This document shows positions 1 through 8,938 of a DNA stretch of 64,000 nt, in pieces. The stretch's first letter is position 1; each line of letters begins with the position of its first letter. Below the pieces are notes generated by a model. It was not told the DNA's origin, made no database searches, and worked only from the letters and a program-made list of their open reading frames with translations. This DNA comes from Desulfurivibrionaceae bacterium. GTDB lineage: Bacteria > Desulfobacterota > Desulfobulbia > Desulfobulbales > SURF-16. A program made the position numbers and the translations under genes. The stretch is taken from NCBI GenBank assembly GCA_031581485.1, contig JAVLBA010000005.1, forward strand, positions 1,280 through 65,279, written 5' to 3'.

Positions 1-1214
1 ACCAGTTCCTTGCCCGTGCCTGAGTCGCCCAGTATGAGCACATTACTGCTGCTCTTGGCCACCTGAGGCATGATAGCGAAGATCTTATGCATGGCCGGGC
101 TCTTGCTCAGGATATCCCGCAGGGAGTTACGGCGAAAAAGGCGCTGCTGCAGATAAGTAACCACCCGCAGATCGCGGAAGGTTTCCACACCGCCGATCAG
201 GTTGCCCTGATTGTCATACATGGGGGCAGCGCAGATGCTCACCGGGATCTTTTTTCCCTCACTGTTCTGGATCTCGATACAACGGTTGGTTTCCGACTTG
301 CCCGTGCACATACTATGGGCGATGGCGCAGGTCTCGCCGCAGATACTGGCATGGAAAATATCACTGCAGAACTTCCCCAAGGCCTCGGCCACGGGCACCC
401 CGGTGATTTTTTCGGCGGCCTTGTTAAAGGAGGTAATCCGCCAACGGGTATCCACGGTAAAGACACCATCAGCAATATTATCCAGAATCAGCGACCTGGA
501 GAGCAGGGCATTGACATTCCGGAAGACCTGGACGCCGCCGGCCATCTGCCCCTGGGAATCACGCAAGGGTGCCGCACTGATGGTGGCGGCAATGCGTTTG
601 CCGCTGGCATGGGTGATGAAAACAGATTTGTTTTCCAGGGGCTTGCCCTTGATGATGCTCTGGGCCAGGACACAATCATCGCCGCAGGAACTGGACTTAA
701 AAACCTCCCGGCAGGGTCTGCCAATGGCATCTTCCTGGCGCCAGCCCGTGAGTTTTTCCGCGGCCCGATTAAAAGAGGTGAGCCGCCATTGCGCATCAAC
801 GCTGAAGATGCCATCCACGATGCTGTCCAGAATGAAGCGGAAGGGTGCGAAGCTTTCGGAGGAGGCCTCAGAGGGGAGGGCCCGGCAGATGGTGGAGACC
901 GGAACGCACCAGTCGTTTTGATCGGCAAAGACCAGACCACATAACTGCTTCTGGTCGTCCAGTGCCTTGACCCAGCGGACTTCAGCGCGCACCACATGCT
1001 CGATCAAGACGCTGTCCTCTGGCCACAATTCGACAATCATCCTGGGCTTCAGGGGAACCCCCGCCGCCATTTCCACCTGAAGGCCACAGGGATGGAGATT
1101 CCGGCTCACCGCCGGCCAGACCGCACGGGAGTGGTTGTCGCGCAGATGAAAAGAAAGGTTGAGCTGCGCCCTGGCCAGGGAGCGTCTTTTCCTGTGCATG
1201 CCCTTGCTGTCCAT
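1..1214 (-). CDS. sigma-54-dependent transcriptional activator, first 404 codons only (PilZ-like domain + 2 PAS + start of AAA+); the rest lies beyond the window start
   Basis: Absent from the ORF track because it runs off the window edge. Manual minus-strand translation from ATG 1214..1212 (GGGAGAG 5 nt upstream) gives MDSKGMHRKRRSLARAQLNLSFHLRDN... Two PAS repeats follow (ILDSIVDGIFSVDAQWRLTSFNRAAEKLTGW and ILDNIADGVFTVDTRWRITSFNKAAEKITGV). The translation ends at nt 1-32 with LILGDSGTGKELV, the NtrC-type AAA+ Walker A. No stop codon in 404 codons. Confidence 0.85.
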   Translation of the reverse strand, partial: MDSKGMHRKRRSLARAQLNLSFHLRDNHSRAVWPAVSRNLHPCGLQVEMAAGVPLKPRMIVELWPEDSVLIEHVVRAEVRWVKALDDQKQLCGLVFADQNDWCVPVSTICRALPSEASSESFAPFRFILDSIVDGIFSVDAQWRLTSFNRAAEKLTGWRQEDAIGRPCREVFKSSSCGDDCVLAQSIIKGKPLENKSVFITHASGKRIAATISAAPLRDSQGQMAGGVQVFRNVNALLSRSLILDNIADGVFTVDTRWRITSFNKAAEKITGVPVAEALGKFCSDIFHASICGETCAIAHSMCTGKSETNRCIEIQNSEGKKIPVSICAAPMYDNQGNLIGGVETFRDLRVVTYLQQRLFRRNSLRDILSKSPAMHKIFAIMPQVAKSSSNVLILGDSGTGKEL

Positions 1215-1577
1215 GTTCACTCTCCCTATTGCCCTCCTCAAGAAACGCACCGAAAAGACGTTTCCCTCTCTAAAAAGGCTTGCCCGGGCAGAGGTTTCCC
1301 CTGATCGCCCGCCGTTTTCCAGCCACCGCTCCACCATGACAGGGAGGCAAGAATCGGGCCATGATGCCCTTCAAAAGCGGCCACCAAAAAGGATTTGCCC
1401 CTCTGCCGCGCCAGGCACGGCTCCTGCTTTGCCCCAACCAGAGCTGCCTGCAAAGCAGTGGCCCTTTTCCCCTCCAGGCAGATGAAAAAAGAGGATTCTT
1501 TGGCGGCAGATGGGCATTCCACCAATTACCCCCTGGCTATTTCCCCATATCTGCCAACCTGCCCCGACCGCGACCCA

Positions 1578-1623
1578 ACAAAAAGAGATCCCTGTCCGCC
1601 GGAGAGGGAAGGGGGCGGGATCT
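1578..1623 (-). terminator. Rho-independent terminator after the DUF3108 gene
   Basis: Minus strand: AGAUCCC...(inner CCGCC/GGCGG)...GGGAUCU followed by CUUUUUG, starting 22 nt after the stop at 1645. Confidence 0.55.
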
Positions 1624-1644
1624 GGGAAAGGAAAAAAATGTTGC

Positions 1645-2499
1645 CTATCGAGCCTGATAGGAGATCATCTCAGCGGTGAAGCTGCCGACAAGGACCTTGC
1701 TGGAGAGCTTGAGCGGTATGCGGCGCTCATCAGCACTCATCCAGATAAGGATATGGGCATCCGGGCTCTTTTTAAAGACACCGCTCACTTTTTTGATATC
1801 AGGCTCCAGCAAAAAGGTTTCATACGACTTCCCCTCAAGGGTGAGGATCCGACGCCCCCGGTTTTTCAACTGGCCCATTACACTCTTTTTGCCGTCCGTG
1901 ATCGGTCTCGCCACCTGGTTCAGCTGAGAAAAATCAAGGTGGCGGCAATAATAGAGCACGGAAAAGGGATCAAAGGTGCCGGGCGGGATGGCAATGGGAG
2001 CGCGCCCCCTTTTCTGGTCGAGCTTATAGTAGCGGGCGGTCTGTTTTTCCAGGTCAAAATACACCGCAATATCCCGCTTAGAGGGGCCTTCCCGCTCTTT
2101 TTTGCGGTAATGGAGCGAGGAATGCAGAGCCATATCCGTAAAGCCGTCAATAGTCTGCCGGACCTTGTAAAAGGTGTCGAGGAAGCGGTTCGTGCGGACG
2201 CGCAGCCGGAAATGGCGGGCCAACTGCTTATCAATGGTGGTGGGGGGCAGCACCTCAAGGACCGCCTGGCCGGCCGGGATTACCCCCCACTTGAGCTGAT
2301 AGGTGATTTTCTCACCAACCTCAAAAGGCAGGTCCTCTGCGGCCTGACATCTCCCGGCCGGGAAAAAGAGCAGCAGGCCAACAAAGAGGGCCAGCACAGG
2401 CCCCAGGCGCCCCCTACCATAACGTCCTGGCAATACCAACCACCGCGTCGCCGGAATCCTGCAGAGGTCCCAGGGGCTTTTTTCTAAGGGAGGTTTCAT
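1645..2499 (-). CDS. DUF3108-like secreted protein
   Basis: ORF 1645..2625. Pattern GEKITYQLKWGVIPAGQAVLEV... is typical of DUF3108, with signal-like GPVLALFVGLLLFFPAGRCQA. Start trimmed to Met 2499 because the longer ORF overlaps the upstream gene; a TTG near 2440 is an alternative start. Confidence 0.6.
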   Translation of the reverse strand: MKPPLEKSPWDLCRIPATRWLVLPGRYGRGRLGPVLALFVGLLLFFPAGRCQAAEDLPFEVGEKITYQLKWGVIPAGQAVLEVLPPTTIDKQLARHFRLRVRTNRFLDTFYKVRQTIDGFTDMALHSSLHYRKKEREGPSKRDIAVYFDLEKQTARYYKLDQKRGRAPIAIPPGTFDPFSVLYYCRHLDFSQLNQVARPITDGKKSVMGQLKNRGRRILTLEGKSYETFLLEPDIKKVSGVFKKSPDAHILIWMSADERRIPLKLSSKVLVGSFTAEMISYQAR

Positions 2500-3007
2500 T
2501 GACATGGGGCTTGCCGCCCCATAATTTATAGACCACAAAATCATTATGAACAACAAAGAGGGCATGAAACTGCCAGCCGTTGCGGTTAGTTTTGCGTTTG
2601 AAACCAAAGAGATCAAGAAAGACATTGCCTCTGCGCTCCGAGTTGAGGTCCTGGACCGTTATATCATAGGCCAGGCAGCCATTTCTCGCCTCCAGGCACT
2701 CCAGGATCCCGGGGTCCAGATCCTCTTTTTGTATGGCCTGATTGGGCATGAAACGCGCCATGATATCGAGATAGGTGAGGATCTCCATATTGGCCATGGA
2801 AAAGGGATCAAAACCAAGCCCCTGCAGACCTTCCATGTCTGTTTCATAGACCTCAATCTGATCAAAGGCGTGCTTGGCCCCGGCAAAGCTGTCCCAGGGC
2901 GACCTGATGGTATCCCTGGTGGTGGGCAGCAGGGTGCCGCCACAGCCATGCAGCAAAAGGAGCAGCAGGCCCATAACCAGGCCGCATCTCTGTTTTATCA
3001 TGGGCAC
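2414..3007 (-). CDS. hypothetical lipoprotein
   Basis: N-terminus MPMIKQRCGLVMGLLLLLLHGC has a lipobox-like LLHGC. No family recognised. Confidence 0.6.
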   Translation of the reverse strand: MPMIKQRCGLVMGLLLLLLHGCGGTLLPTTRDTIRSPWDSFAGAKHAFDQIEVYETDMEGLQGLGFDPFSMANMEILTYLDIMARFMPNQAIQKEDLDPGILECLEARNGCLAYDITVQDLNSERRGNVFLDLFGFKRKTNRNGWQFHALFVVHNDFVVYKLWGGKPHVNETSLRKKPLGPLQDSGDAVVGIARTLW

Positions 3008-3225
3008 CTACCCACATCTCTCACGAAAAACTCCCTCATTACTTGATAGTATATAATATCCAGCCATGACTTACCCCATATTATTATCAGGTTAATAGCA
3101 ACCATGCCAAGGGCCCTTTTCTTTGCCCTTCTCCTTGACTCTCCACCATTCAGCTTTAACTTGTAAGAATAATTACTAAGATAGCCACGCCCCTGCCATC
3201 CATCTCCAGACAGGACAAAAAAGCC

Positions 3226-4032
3226 ATGCAAGGCAAGAGAATCGAAGAACATTTCATTGAAACTGAGCCCTATTACCGGGTGCAGGGCCAGGAGCTCACC
3301 ATTGCCCTGGCTGCCCATCAACACAAAATCCCCCTGCTCCTCAAGGGTCCCACCGGCAGCGGCAAGAGCCGCTTCATGCAATACCTGGCCTGGAAGCTGG
3401 GGCGGCCCCTGATCACGGTCTCCTGCCATGATGACCTCTCCACCAGCGACCTGGTGGGCCGCTACCTCATCCGCGGCGGCGAGACGGTGTGGCTGGACGG
3501 CCCCCTCACCCTGGCTGTGCGTCACGGCGGCATCTGCTATCTTGACGAGATTGTCGAGGCCAGAAAAGACACCACCGTGGTCATCCATCCCCTGGCCGAT
3601 GACCGCCGCGAACTCCCCATCGAAAAAAAAGGGGAAATCCTCAGCGCCCCGCCGGAGTTCATGCTGGCCCTCTCTTACAACCCGGGCTACCAGTCCGTGG
3701 TCAAGGACCTGAAACCCTCCACCCGGCAGCGTTTTATCGCCCTTGAGCTGGCCTATCCCAGCCCGGACATTGAGGCGGAGATCGTCCAGCATGAGGCCGG
3801 GGTGAGCCGGTCAGAGGCGGAGAAACTGGTGCACCTGGCCGAGATGACCCGCAGCCTGGAGGATGCCGGCCTGCAGGAAGGGGCCAGCACCAGACTGCTC
3901 ATCCATGCCGGCACCCTGATCAAAAGCGGCATTCCCCCCCGCCAGGCCTGCAAGGTGACCATCAGCGAGACCCTGAGCGACGACCATGAGCTGGTGGCCG
4001 CCATTGATGAAATGATCAGCTCCCTTTACTGA
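3226..4032 (+). CDS. CbbQ/NorQ/NirQ-family MoxR-type AAA+ ATPase
   Basis: Walker A LLLKGPTGSGKS and Walker B GICYLDEI; size (268 aa) and overall pattern match the CbbQ/NorQ family. Confidence 0.85.
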   Translation: MQGKRIEEHFIETEPYYRVQGQELTIALAAHQHKIPLLLKGPTGSGKSRFMQYLAWKLGRPLITVSCHDDLSTSDLVGRYLIRGGETVWLDGPLTLAVRHGGICYLDEIVEARKDTTVVIHPLADDRRELPIEKKGEILSAPPEFMLALSYNPGYQSVVKDLKPSTRQRFIALELAYPSPDIEAEIVQHEAGVSRSEAEKLVHLAEMTRSLEDAGLQEGASTRLLIHAGTLIKSGIPPRQACKVTISETLSDDHELVAAIDEMISSLY

Positions 4033-4037
4033 GCAGC

Positions 4038-6377
4038 ATGCCTTCTTCTGCAGATCATACCATCCTCGCCAGGGTGACGGCCATCATCCCGGAGAGCGAG
4101 CTCAACAGCTGGGAACAGGAGGAGCTGGTGGAGTGTCTGGCCCCTCTCTCCGGTCGCCAGCAGGAGTTGATCCTCCACCAGATCTCGGTGATCTGGCCGG
4201 TGAGTCACTCCCTCTGCCTGGCCTTTTTGGAGGCGGCAGAGCCGGCCTTGGCCTGCCTGGATGCCGAGCAGTTTGCCGCCTGGGTCCGGGCCATTCTCCA
4301 CCGCTATGAGGCCCGGGGCCTCCAGGAGGCCCGCCGTTTCATGGCCGACCTGGAGAGCCATTTCATCTGCACCCTCAAGGGCCAGAGCGGTCTTCTCCTC
4401 TCCACCATCAAGAAGCGCCTGGATCTCTATCTGCGCGGCGTGGCAGGCCGCCCCTTTGTCCTGGAAGAGGCGACTCTGCCCGGCACGGACACCGCCGCCA
4501 TTTTTCTCCCCAGAAACTGCACCCTTTTTGGTGATGATGATGCCAATTTTCTGGTCTACAAATTAATGGCCTCCCTCCAGTGGGCCTTTGTCCGGGTCAA
4601 TCTTTATTGTCATGAGGTGCCTAACGAGCAGGAGCTTTTCCGCAAAGTGGCCCGGCCAGGGTCTGTCCCTCCGGACCAGCCTGTTTTCCTGAACCGATTT
4701 TTCAATCTCTTTTCCCGGCCCGGCCGGGCCAGGGCCATCTACCATTTCCTCCAGACCTTTAGCGCCCTCTGCTTCCTGCAAAAAAAGCTGCCCGGACTCA
4801 TGGCCGACAGCACCGCCTATTTCCAGAGCGTTGCCGCCGAACGGGCCGCAACCATGGAGCCCCAAAGCCTCCTGGCTGGCGAGTATGGCTTTCTTCTGAA
4901 ACAGCTCAGCCGCAATCTGCCCCTGGAACTTCCTCCCGGCCCCTGGCGCCGCCTCTGTCACCCCGCGTCCTGGGATGATTCCGGCCAAATCTTTCTGGAT
5001 ACCGCCCGCATCTACGCCCTCTGGGAAGAAAAACCGGACCAGGAGGTGGCCAGACCGCCCTGGTTCCAGGGCACTTTGCAGGTGGAAGCAGCCCATGCCC
5101 GGCGCCTGGCGCGGCGCCAGGAGGTGGAGCAGCAATTTATCGAGGCCCTGGCCATCCGCATCCTGCCCGCCCTGGCCCGAAAAAAGGAGGCGACCCAGGC
5201 CCCAGAGGCAACCCCGGCTGAAACTCCGCAACAAGCCGACAGTGCCGCCGACCTGAGCCTTCGCCTCCCCACCCCGCAGAACGAGCCCGAGAAAACAGGG
5301 CCCGACCATAACCAGGTGGTGCGCCATATCCGCCTGGATGATGAAAAAATAGGGCTGGACAGCAAACTGCAGGAACTGGGCCGGGAGATCATGGATGATC
5401 TTGGTCACCTGCCCCAGCTCTATCTGGACAGTGCTGAAAAAATGGCCGCCGGCCGCAGCTATGCCCCGAATCTACAGACCGCAGGTCCAGAAGGCGCACC
5501 CCTCCTCGGCACCAATCTTTACGATGAATGGGATTTCCGGCGCCAGGGCTTTCGCCATAACTGGTGCCGTCTCCTGGAAAAGGAGATCCAGCCCTGCGGC
5601 GGCACCTTCATCGCCGCCACCCTCAATCAACAGCGAGGGGTCATCAAACAGCTCAAGAGACAATTTGAGCAGATGCGCAGCCACCCTCGCTTTCTGGGAC
5701 GGCAGCGGGACGGCGATGACATCGACCTGGATGCCCTCACCGAGGCCGTGGCTGATCAGCGGGCCGGCCTGCCCCCCTCTGAACGCCTCTTTGTCCGCCA
5801 GCTCCGGGATCAGCGCGATATCGCCGCCCTCTTCCTGGTGGATATCTCCTCTTCCACCGAAGGCTGGGTGGGCAAGGCGATCAAGGAGTCCCTGCTGGTC
5901 ATGGCCGAGGCCATGGAGAGCCTGGGCGACCGCTATGCCATTTACGGCTTCTCGGGCATGCGCCGCACCCGCAGTGAGGTCTTCAGAGTCAAGGAGATGG
6001 ACGAGCCCTATACCGAGACCGTCCAGGGTCGTATTGCGGCCCTCAGCCCCAAGGAGTATACCCGTATGGGCCCTCCCATCCGCCATTTCAGCAAAATGCT
6101 GGCCACAGTGGAGGCCCGGGTCCGGCTGCTGATCATCCTCACCGACGGCAAGCCGGAGGATTATGATGACTACAAAGGGGAGTATGCCATTGAAGATACG
6201 CGCCACGCCCTGGTGGAGGCCAAAAACAGCGGCATCCATCCCTTCTGCCTCACCCTGGACACCAAGGCGCCAGAGTATATATCCCACCTCTTTGGCGCCG
6301 CAAACTATCTGGTTATAGATGACGTCAAAAAGCTGCCCAGGCGCCTGCCTGATATGTACCGACTGCTCACCAGCTGA
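4038..6377 (+). CDS. NorD/CbbO-like protein with C-terminal von Willebrand factor A domain
   Basis: 779 aa, starting 5 nt after the AAA+ gene. C-terminal VWA with MIDAS LFLVDISSSTEGW ... ILTDGKPEDYD. Low-complexity linker KKEATQAPEATPAETPQQ. Confidence 0.8.
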   Translation: MPSSADHTILARVTAIIPESELNSWEQEELVECLAPLSGRQQELILHQISVIWPVSHSLCLAFLEAAEPALACLDAEQFAAWVRAILHRYEARGLQEARRFMADLESHFICTLKGQSGLLLSTIKKRLDLYLRGVAGRPFVLEEATLPGTDTAAIFLPRNCTLFGDDDANFLVYKLMASLQWAFVRVNLYCHEVPNEQELFRKVARPGSVPPDQPVFLNRFFNLFSRPGRARAIYHFLQTFSALCFLQKKLPGLMADSTAYFQSVAAERAATMEPQSLLAGEYGFLLKQLSRNLPLELPPGPWRRLCHPASWDDSGQIFLDTARIYALWEEKPDQEVARPPWFQGTLQVEAAHARRLARRQEVEQQFIEALAIRILPALARKKEATQAPEATPAETPQQADSAADLSLRLPTPQNEPEKTGPDHNQVVRHIRLDDEKIGLDSKLQELGREIMDDLGHLPQLYLDSAEKMAAGRSYAPNLQTAGPEGAPLLGTNLYDEWDFRRQGFRHNWCRLLEKEIQPCGGTFIAATLNQQRGVIKQLKRQFEQMRSHPRFLGRQRDGDDIDLDALTEAVADQRAGLPPSERLFVRQLRDQRDIAALFLVDISSSTEGWVGKAIKESLLVMAEAMESLGDRYAIYGFSGMRRTRSEVFRVKEMDEPYTETVQGRIAALSPKEYTRMGPPIRHFSKMLATVEARVRLLIILTDGKPEDYDDYKGEYAIEDTRHALVEAKNSGIHPFCLTLDTKAPEYISHLFGAANYLVIDDVKKLPRRLPDMYRLLTS

Positions 6378-6536
6378 TCTTTCTTAAGCAATGCCTCCTC
6401 CTCCCTCCAGAGTATCTTTCTTTGCAGAGTTCCAAAAAATCAGGCCGCCTCCTGCCCGGCCAGAAAACATTTGTCTTCCGCTTCCTCTTTCTTATACACT
6501 TTTTCCAATGGCTGGCTGCGACAAGAGGAGAAGAGA

Positions 6537-7649
6537 ATGCTTATTGGTGTGCCCACGGAGATCAAGGAGAAAGAGTATCGGGTCGGCATGGTGCCGGCCG
6601 GGGTCAAGGCCCTGGTCCAGGCCGGCCACGGCGTCCTTGTCCAGCAAGGGGCCGGGACGGCCAGCGGCATCCCGGACCAGGAGTATGCGGGGGCCGGCGC
6701 CTCCCTTGTTGCCGAGGCGGCGGCAATCTATGGCAGCGCCGATCTCATCATCAAGGTCAAGGAGCCCCTGGCCCAAGAAGTGGCCTTGCTACGCCCGGGC
6801 CAGATTCTCTTCACCTATCTCCATCTGGCGCCGGCACCGGAGCTCACCGACAGCCTGATCACCAGCAGGGTGCGGGCCGTGGCCTATGAAACCGTGCAGC
6901 TTGACAACGGTTTTCTGCCGCTGCTCTCCCCCATGAGCCAGGTGGCCGGCCGCCTGGCTATCCAGGCAGGGGCCCGCTTTCTGGAAAAGGAGGCGGGCGG
7001 GCGCGGTGTTCTGCTGGCCGGGGTCCCGGGGGTTGCTGCCGGCCACGTCACCATTCTGGGCAGCGGCACCGTGGCCACCAACGCCGCCCAGATGGCCCTG
7101 GGCCTGGGGGCCCGTACCACCATCCTCGGCCGCAACCTCAAGAAGCTGGCCGGGCTTGACGCCCTTTTTCAGGGCCGTCTCACCACCCTGGCCCTGAACC
7201 GGCATAATATCGAAGAAGAACTTACCAAGGCAGACCTGCTGGTGACCGCCATCTACGTGCCAGGCAGCCGTCCCCCGCAACTGGTGAGCCGCAAGATGCT
7301 GGGCCTGATGAAAAAAGGCGCGGTGATTGTGGATGTGGCCATCGACCAGGGAGGTTGCCTGGAAACCTCCCGTCCCACCAGCCACAGCGATCCTGTCTTT
7401 GAGGTGGACGGCATTCTCCACTATTGCGTGGCCAATATGCCGGGGGCAGTGCCGTGGACCTCCACCTTTGCCCTGACCAATGCCACCCTGCCCTATTGCC
7501 TGGCCATGGCCGACCACGGGCTGGAGACGGCGGCCCGGCAAGACCCCGCCCTCTTCCGGGGCATTACCCTCTTTGACGGGCAGCTGGTCAGCCGGCAGGT
7601 GGCGGCGGCGCAGAACAAGAGCTGGCAGCCCCTGGAATTCCAAAAATGA
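6537..7649 (+). CDS. ald: alanine dehydrogenase
   Basis: [23 protein letters not shown]..., Rossmann motif [12 protein letters not shown], ...VANMPGAVP. Start moved to ATG 6537 (AGGAGAAGAGA upstream); the track ORF starts earlier at 6471. Confidence 0.93.
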   Translation: MLIGVPTEIKEKEYRVGMVPAGVKALVQAGHGVLVQQGAGTASGIPDQEYAGAGASLVAEAAAIYGSADLIIKVKEPLAQEVALLRPGQILFTYLHLAPAPELTDSLITSRVRAVAYETVQLDNGFLPLLSPMSQVAGRLAIQAGARFLEKEAGGRGVLLAGVPGVAAGHVTILGSGTVATNAAQMALGLGARTTILGRNLKKLAGLDALFQGRLTTLALNRHNIEEELTKADLLVTAIYVPGSRPPQLVSRKMLGLMKKGAVIVDVAIDQGGCLETSRPTSHSDPVFEVDGILHYCVANMPGAVPWTSTFALTNATLPYCLAMADHGLETAARQDPALFRGITLFDGQLVSRQVAAAQNKSWQPLEFQK

Positions 7650-7824
7650 CAGCCCCGGCAGCGGAGCTGGAAGGCAACAGGGAGCAAACTATCCACCAGA
7701 GGAGGAGCTTATGAGCGAAGAAGGAAATACCGGCTGCGCCAGATCTACGGGGGGCCTTGTCGGTGAAGAAGAGGAGTTACAGCAGGATCAACCAGCAGCT
7801 CATCAAGCCAAGGAGGCCCAAACA

Positions 7825-8433
7825 ATGTTAATGGTCGGCAAAAAGGTGCCTGATTTCTCGGCCCCGGCATATCACCAAAACACCTTTACCCATGTGAAAC
7901 TCTCCGATTATCTCGGCAAATGGGTGCTGCTCTGCTTCTATCCCGGCGATTTCACCTTTGTCTGAGCAACCGAGATTTCAGCGGTCGCTGAAAAATTCCC
8001 CCAATTTCAGAAACTGGGAGTGGAAATCCTCTCCATGAGCATCGACAGCATGTTTGTCCATAAGATGTGGAATGATGATGAGCTGGCCAAGATGGTGGAA
8101 GGCGGCGTGCCCTTCCCCATGCTCTCGGATGCCGGCGGCAAGGTGGGCGCGGCCTACGGCGTCTATGATCCGGATGCCGGTGTTGAGACCAGGGGCCGTT
8201 TCATCATTGATCCCGATGGTGTTCTCCAGGGCTATGAGGTCCTCACCCCGCCGGTGGGCCGCAATGTCAACGAGACCCTGCGCCAGGTCCAAGCCTTCCA
8301 GCTGGTGCGCGACAGCAAGGGCAGCCAGGCCACCCCTTCCGGCTGGATGCCCGGCAAGGCCACCCTGCAGCCCGGCATCAATCTGGTGGGCAAGGTCTGG
8401 CAGGAGTGGAAGACCAGACAGGCCTTTGAATAG
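7825..8433 (+). CDS. selenocysteine-containing peroxiredoxin (AhpC/Prx1 type), Sec codon TGA 7963..7965
   Basis: Track ORFs 7480..7965 and 8020..8433 share one frame. Read-through gives [16 protein letters not shown]...[28 protein letters not shown]..., so TGA replaces the peroxidatic Cys of DFTFVCPTE. AGGAGG lies 8 nt before ATG 7825. A SECIS-like hairpin follows. Confidence 0.8.
7976..7993 (+). promoter_or_regulatory. bacterial SECIS-like hairpin for the peroxiredoxin UGA
   Basis: UUUCAGC-GGUC-GCUGAAA: perfect 7-bp stem with a GGUC loop, 10 nt after the UGA. Loop G/U positions are 21-24 nt from the U of UGA, close to E. coli fdhF (22-25). Confidence 0.6.
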
Positions 8434-8549
8434 GAGGTCCCCAAGGGCGGCAGCTCCGGCTGCCGCCGGCTAAAGCGGCCCTTCTTTCCAGCACAGAGAG
8501 AAAAAAGGGCCTTTTTCAGATCAACATTCTTTTCACCAGGGAAACAGGC

Positions 8550-8915
8550 ATGTCTCCACCATCACCACCACCCAAAACCATACTCTTTGCCTTTAGCGGC
8601 AATCCCCTCTGTTTTGTCCATGTCCTGCTCAATGCCCTCGACCTCCATGGCCGGGGAGGAGAGGGGAAAATCGTCATTGAGGGCGAAGCCACCAGGCTGA
8701 TCGGCGAAATGGCCGCAGACAGCCATTTCCTCCACGCCCTCTATGCAGAAGCCAAAGGGCTGGATCTCATTGCCGCTGTCTGCCGGGCCTGCGCCACCAA
8801 GCTGGGCGTCCTGGAGGAAGTCAAGGCGGAAAACCTGCCCCTGGGGGACGACATGCAGGGCCACCCCAGCATGGGCCGCTATTTGGCAGAAGGCTACCAG
8901 ATCATCACCTTTTAA
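8550..8915 (+). CDS. DsrE/DsrF/DrsH-like family protein with CxxC
   Basis: 121 aa. KTILFAFSGNPLCFVHVLLNALDLHGRG...AAVCRACATKLGV...MQGHPSMGRYLAEGYQIITF resembles the DrsE_2-type small redox proteins as I remember them. Family assignment from memory only. Confidence 0.55.
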   Translation: MSPPSPPPKTILFAFSGNPLCFVHVLLNALDLHGRGGEGKIVIEGEATRLIGEMAADSHFLHALYAEAKGLDLIAAVCRACATKLGVLEEVKAENLPLGDDMQGHPSMGRYLAEGYQIITF

Positions 8916-8938
8916 CAGGAAGAAAAGGGCTGTGCCCC

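Noticed and set aside
1414-1427. Near-consensus sigma-54 -24/-12 element GGCACG-N5-TGC on the plus strand.
   Set aside because: The spacing is correct, but it points into the antisense strand of the DUF3108 gene with no plus-strand gene for 1.8 kb. Likely chance. A second such match at 15804..15818 (TGGCACA-N4-AGGC) lies inside the chaN-like coding region.
7480-7824. N-terminal extension of the peroxiredoxin ORF back to 7480.
   Set aside because: The extension overlaps the 3' end of ald and has no Prx homology. Prx families start at M-x-L-V-G-K-x-A/V-P-D-F, which matches ATG 7825. Only the ATG at 7711 with its AGGAGG remains a possible alternative.
8446-8467. Perfect 9-bp hairpin GGCGGCAGC-UCCG-GCUGCCGCC, 13 nt after the peroxiredoxin stop.
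   Set aside because: Not called a terminator because no U-tract follows. It may be an mRNA-stabilising stem or a Rho-dependent pause site; unresolved.
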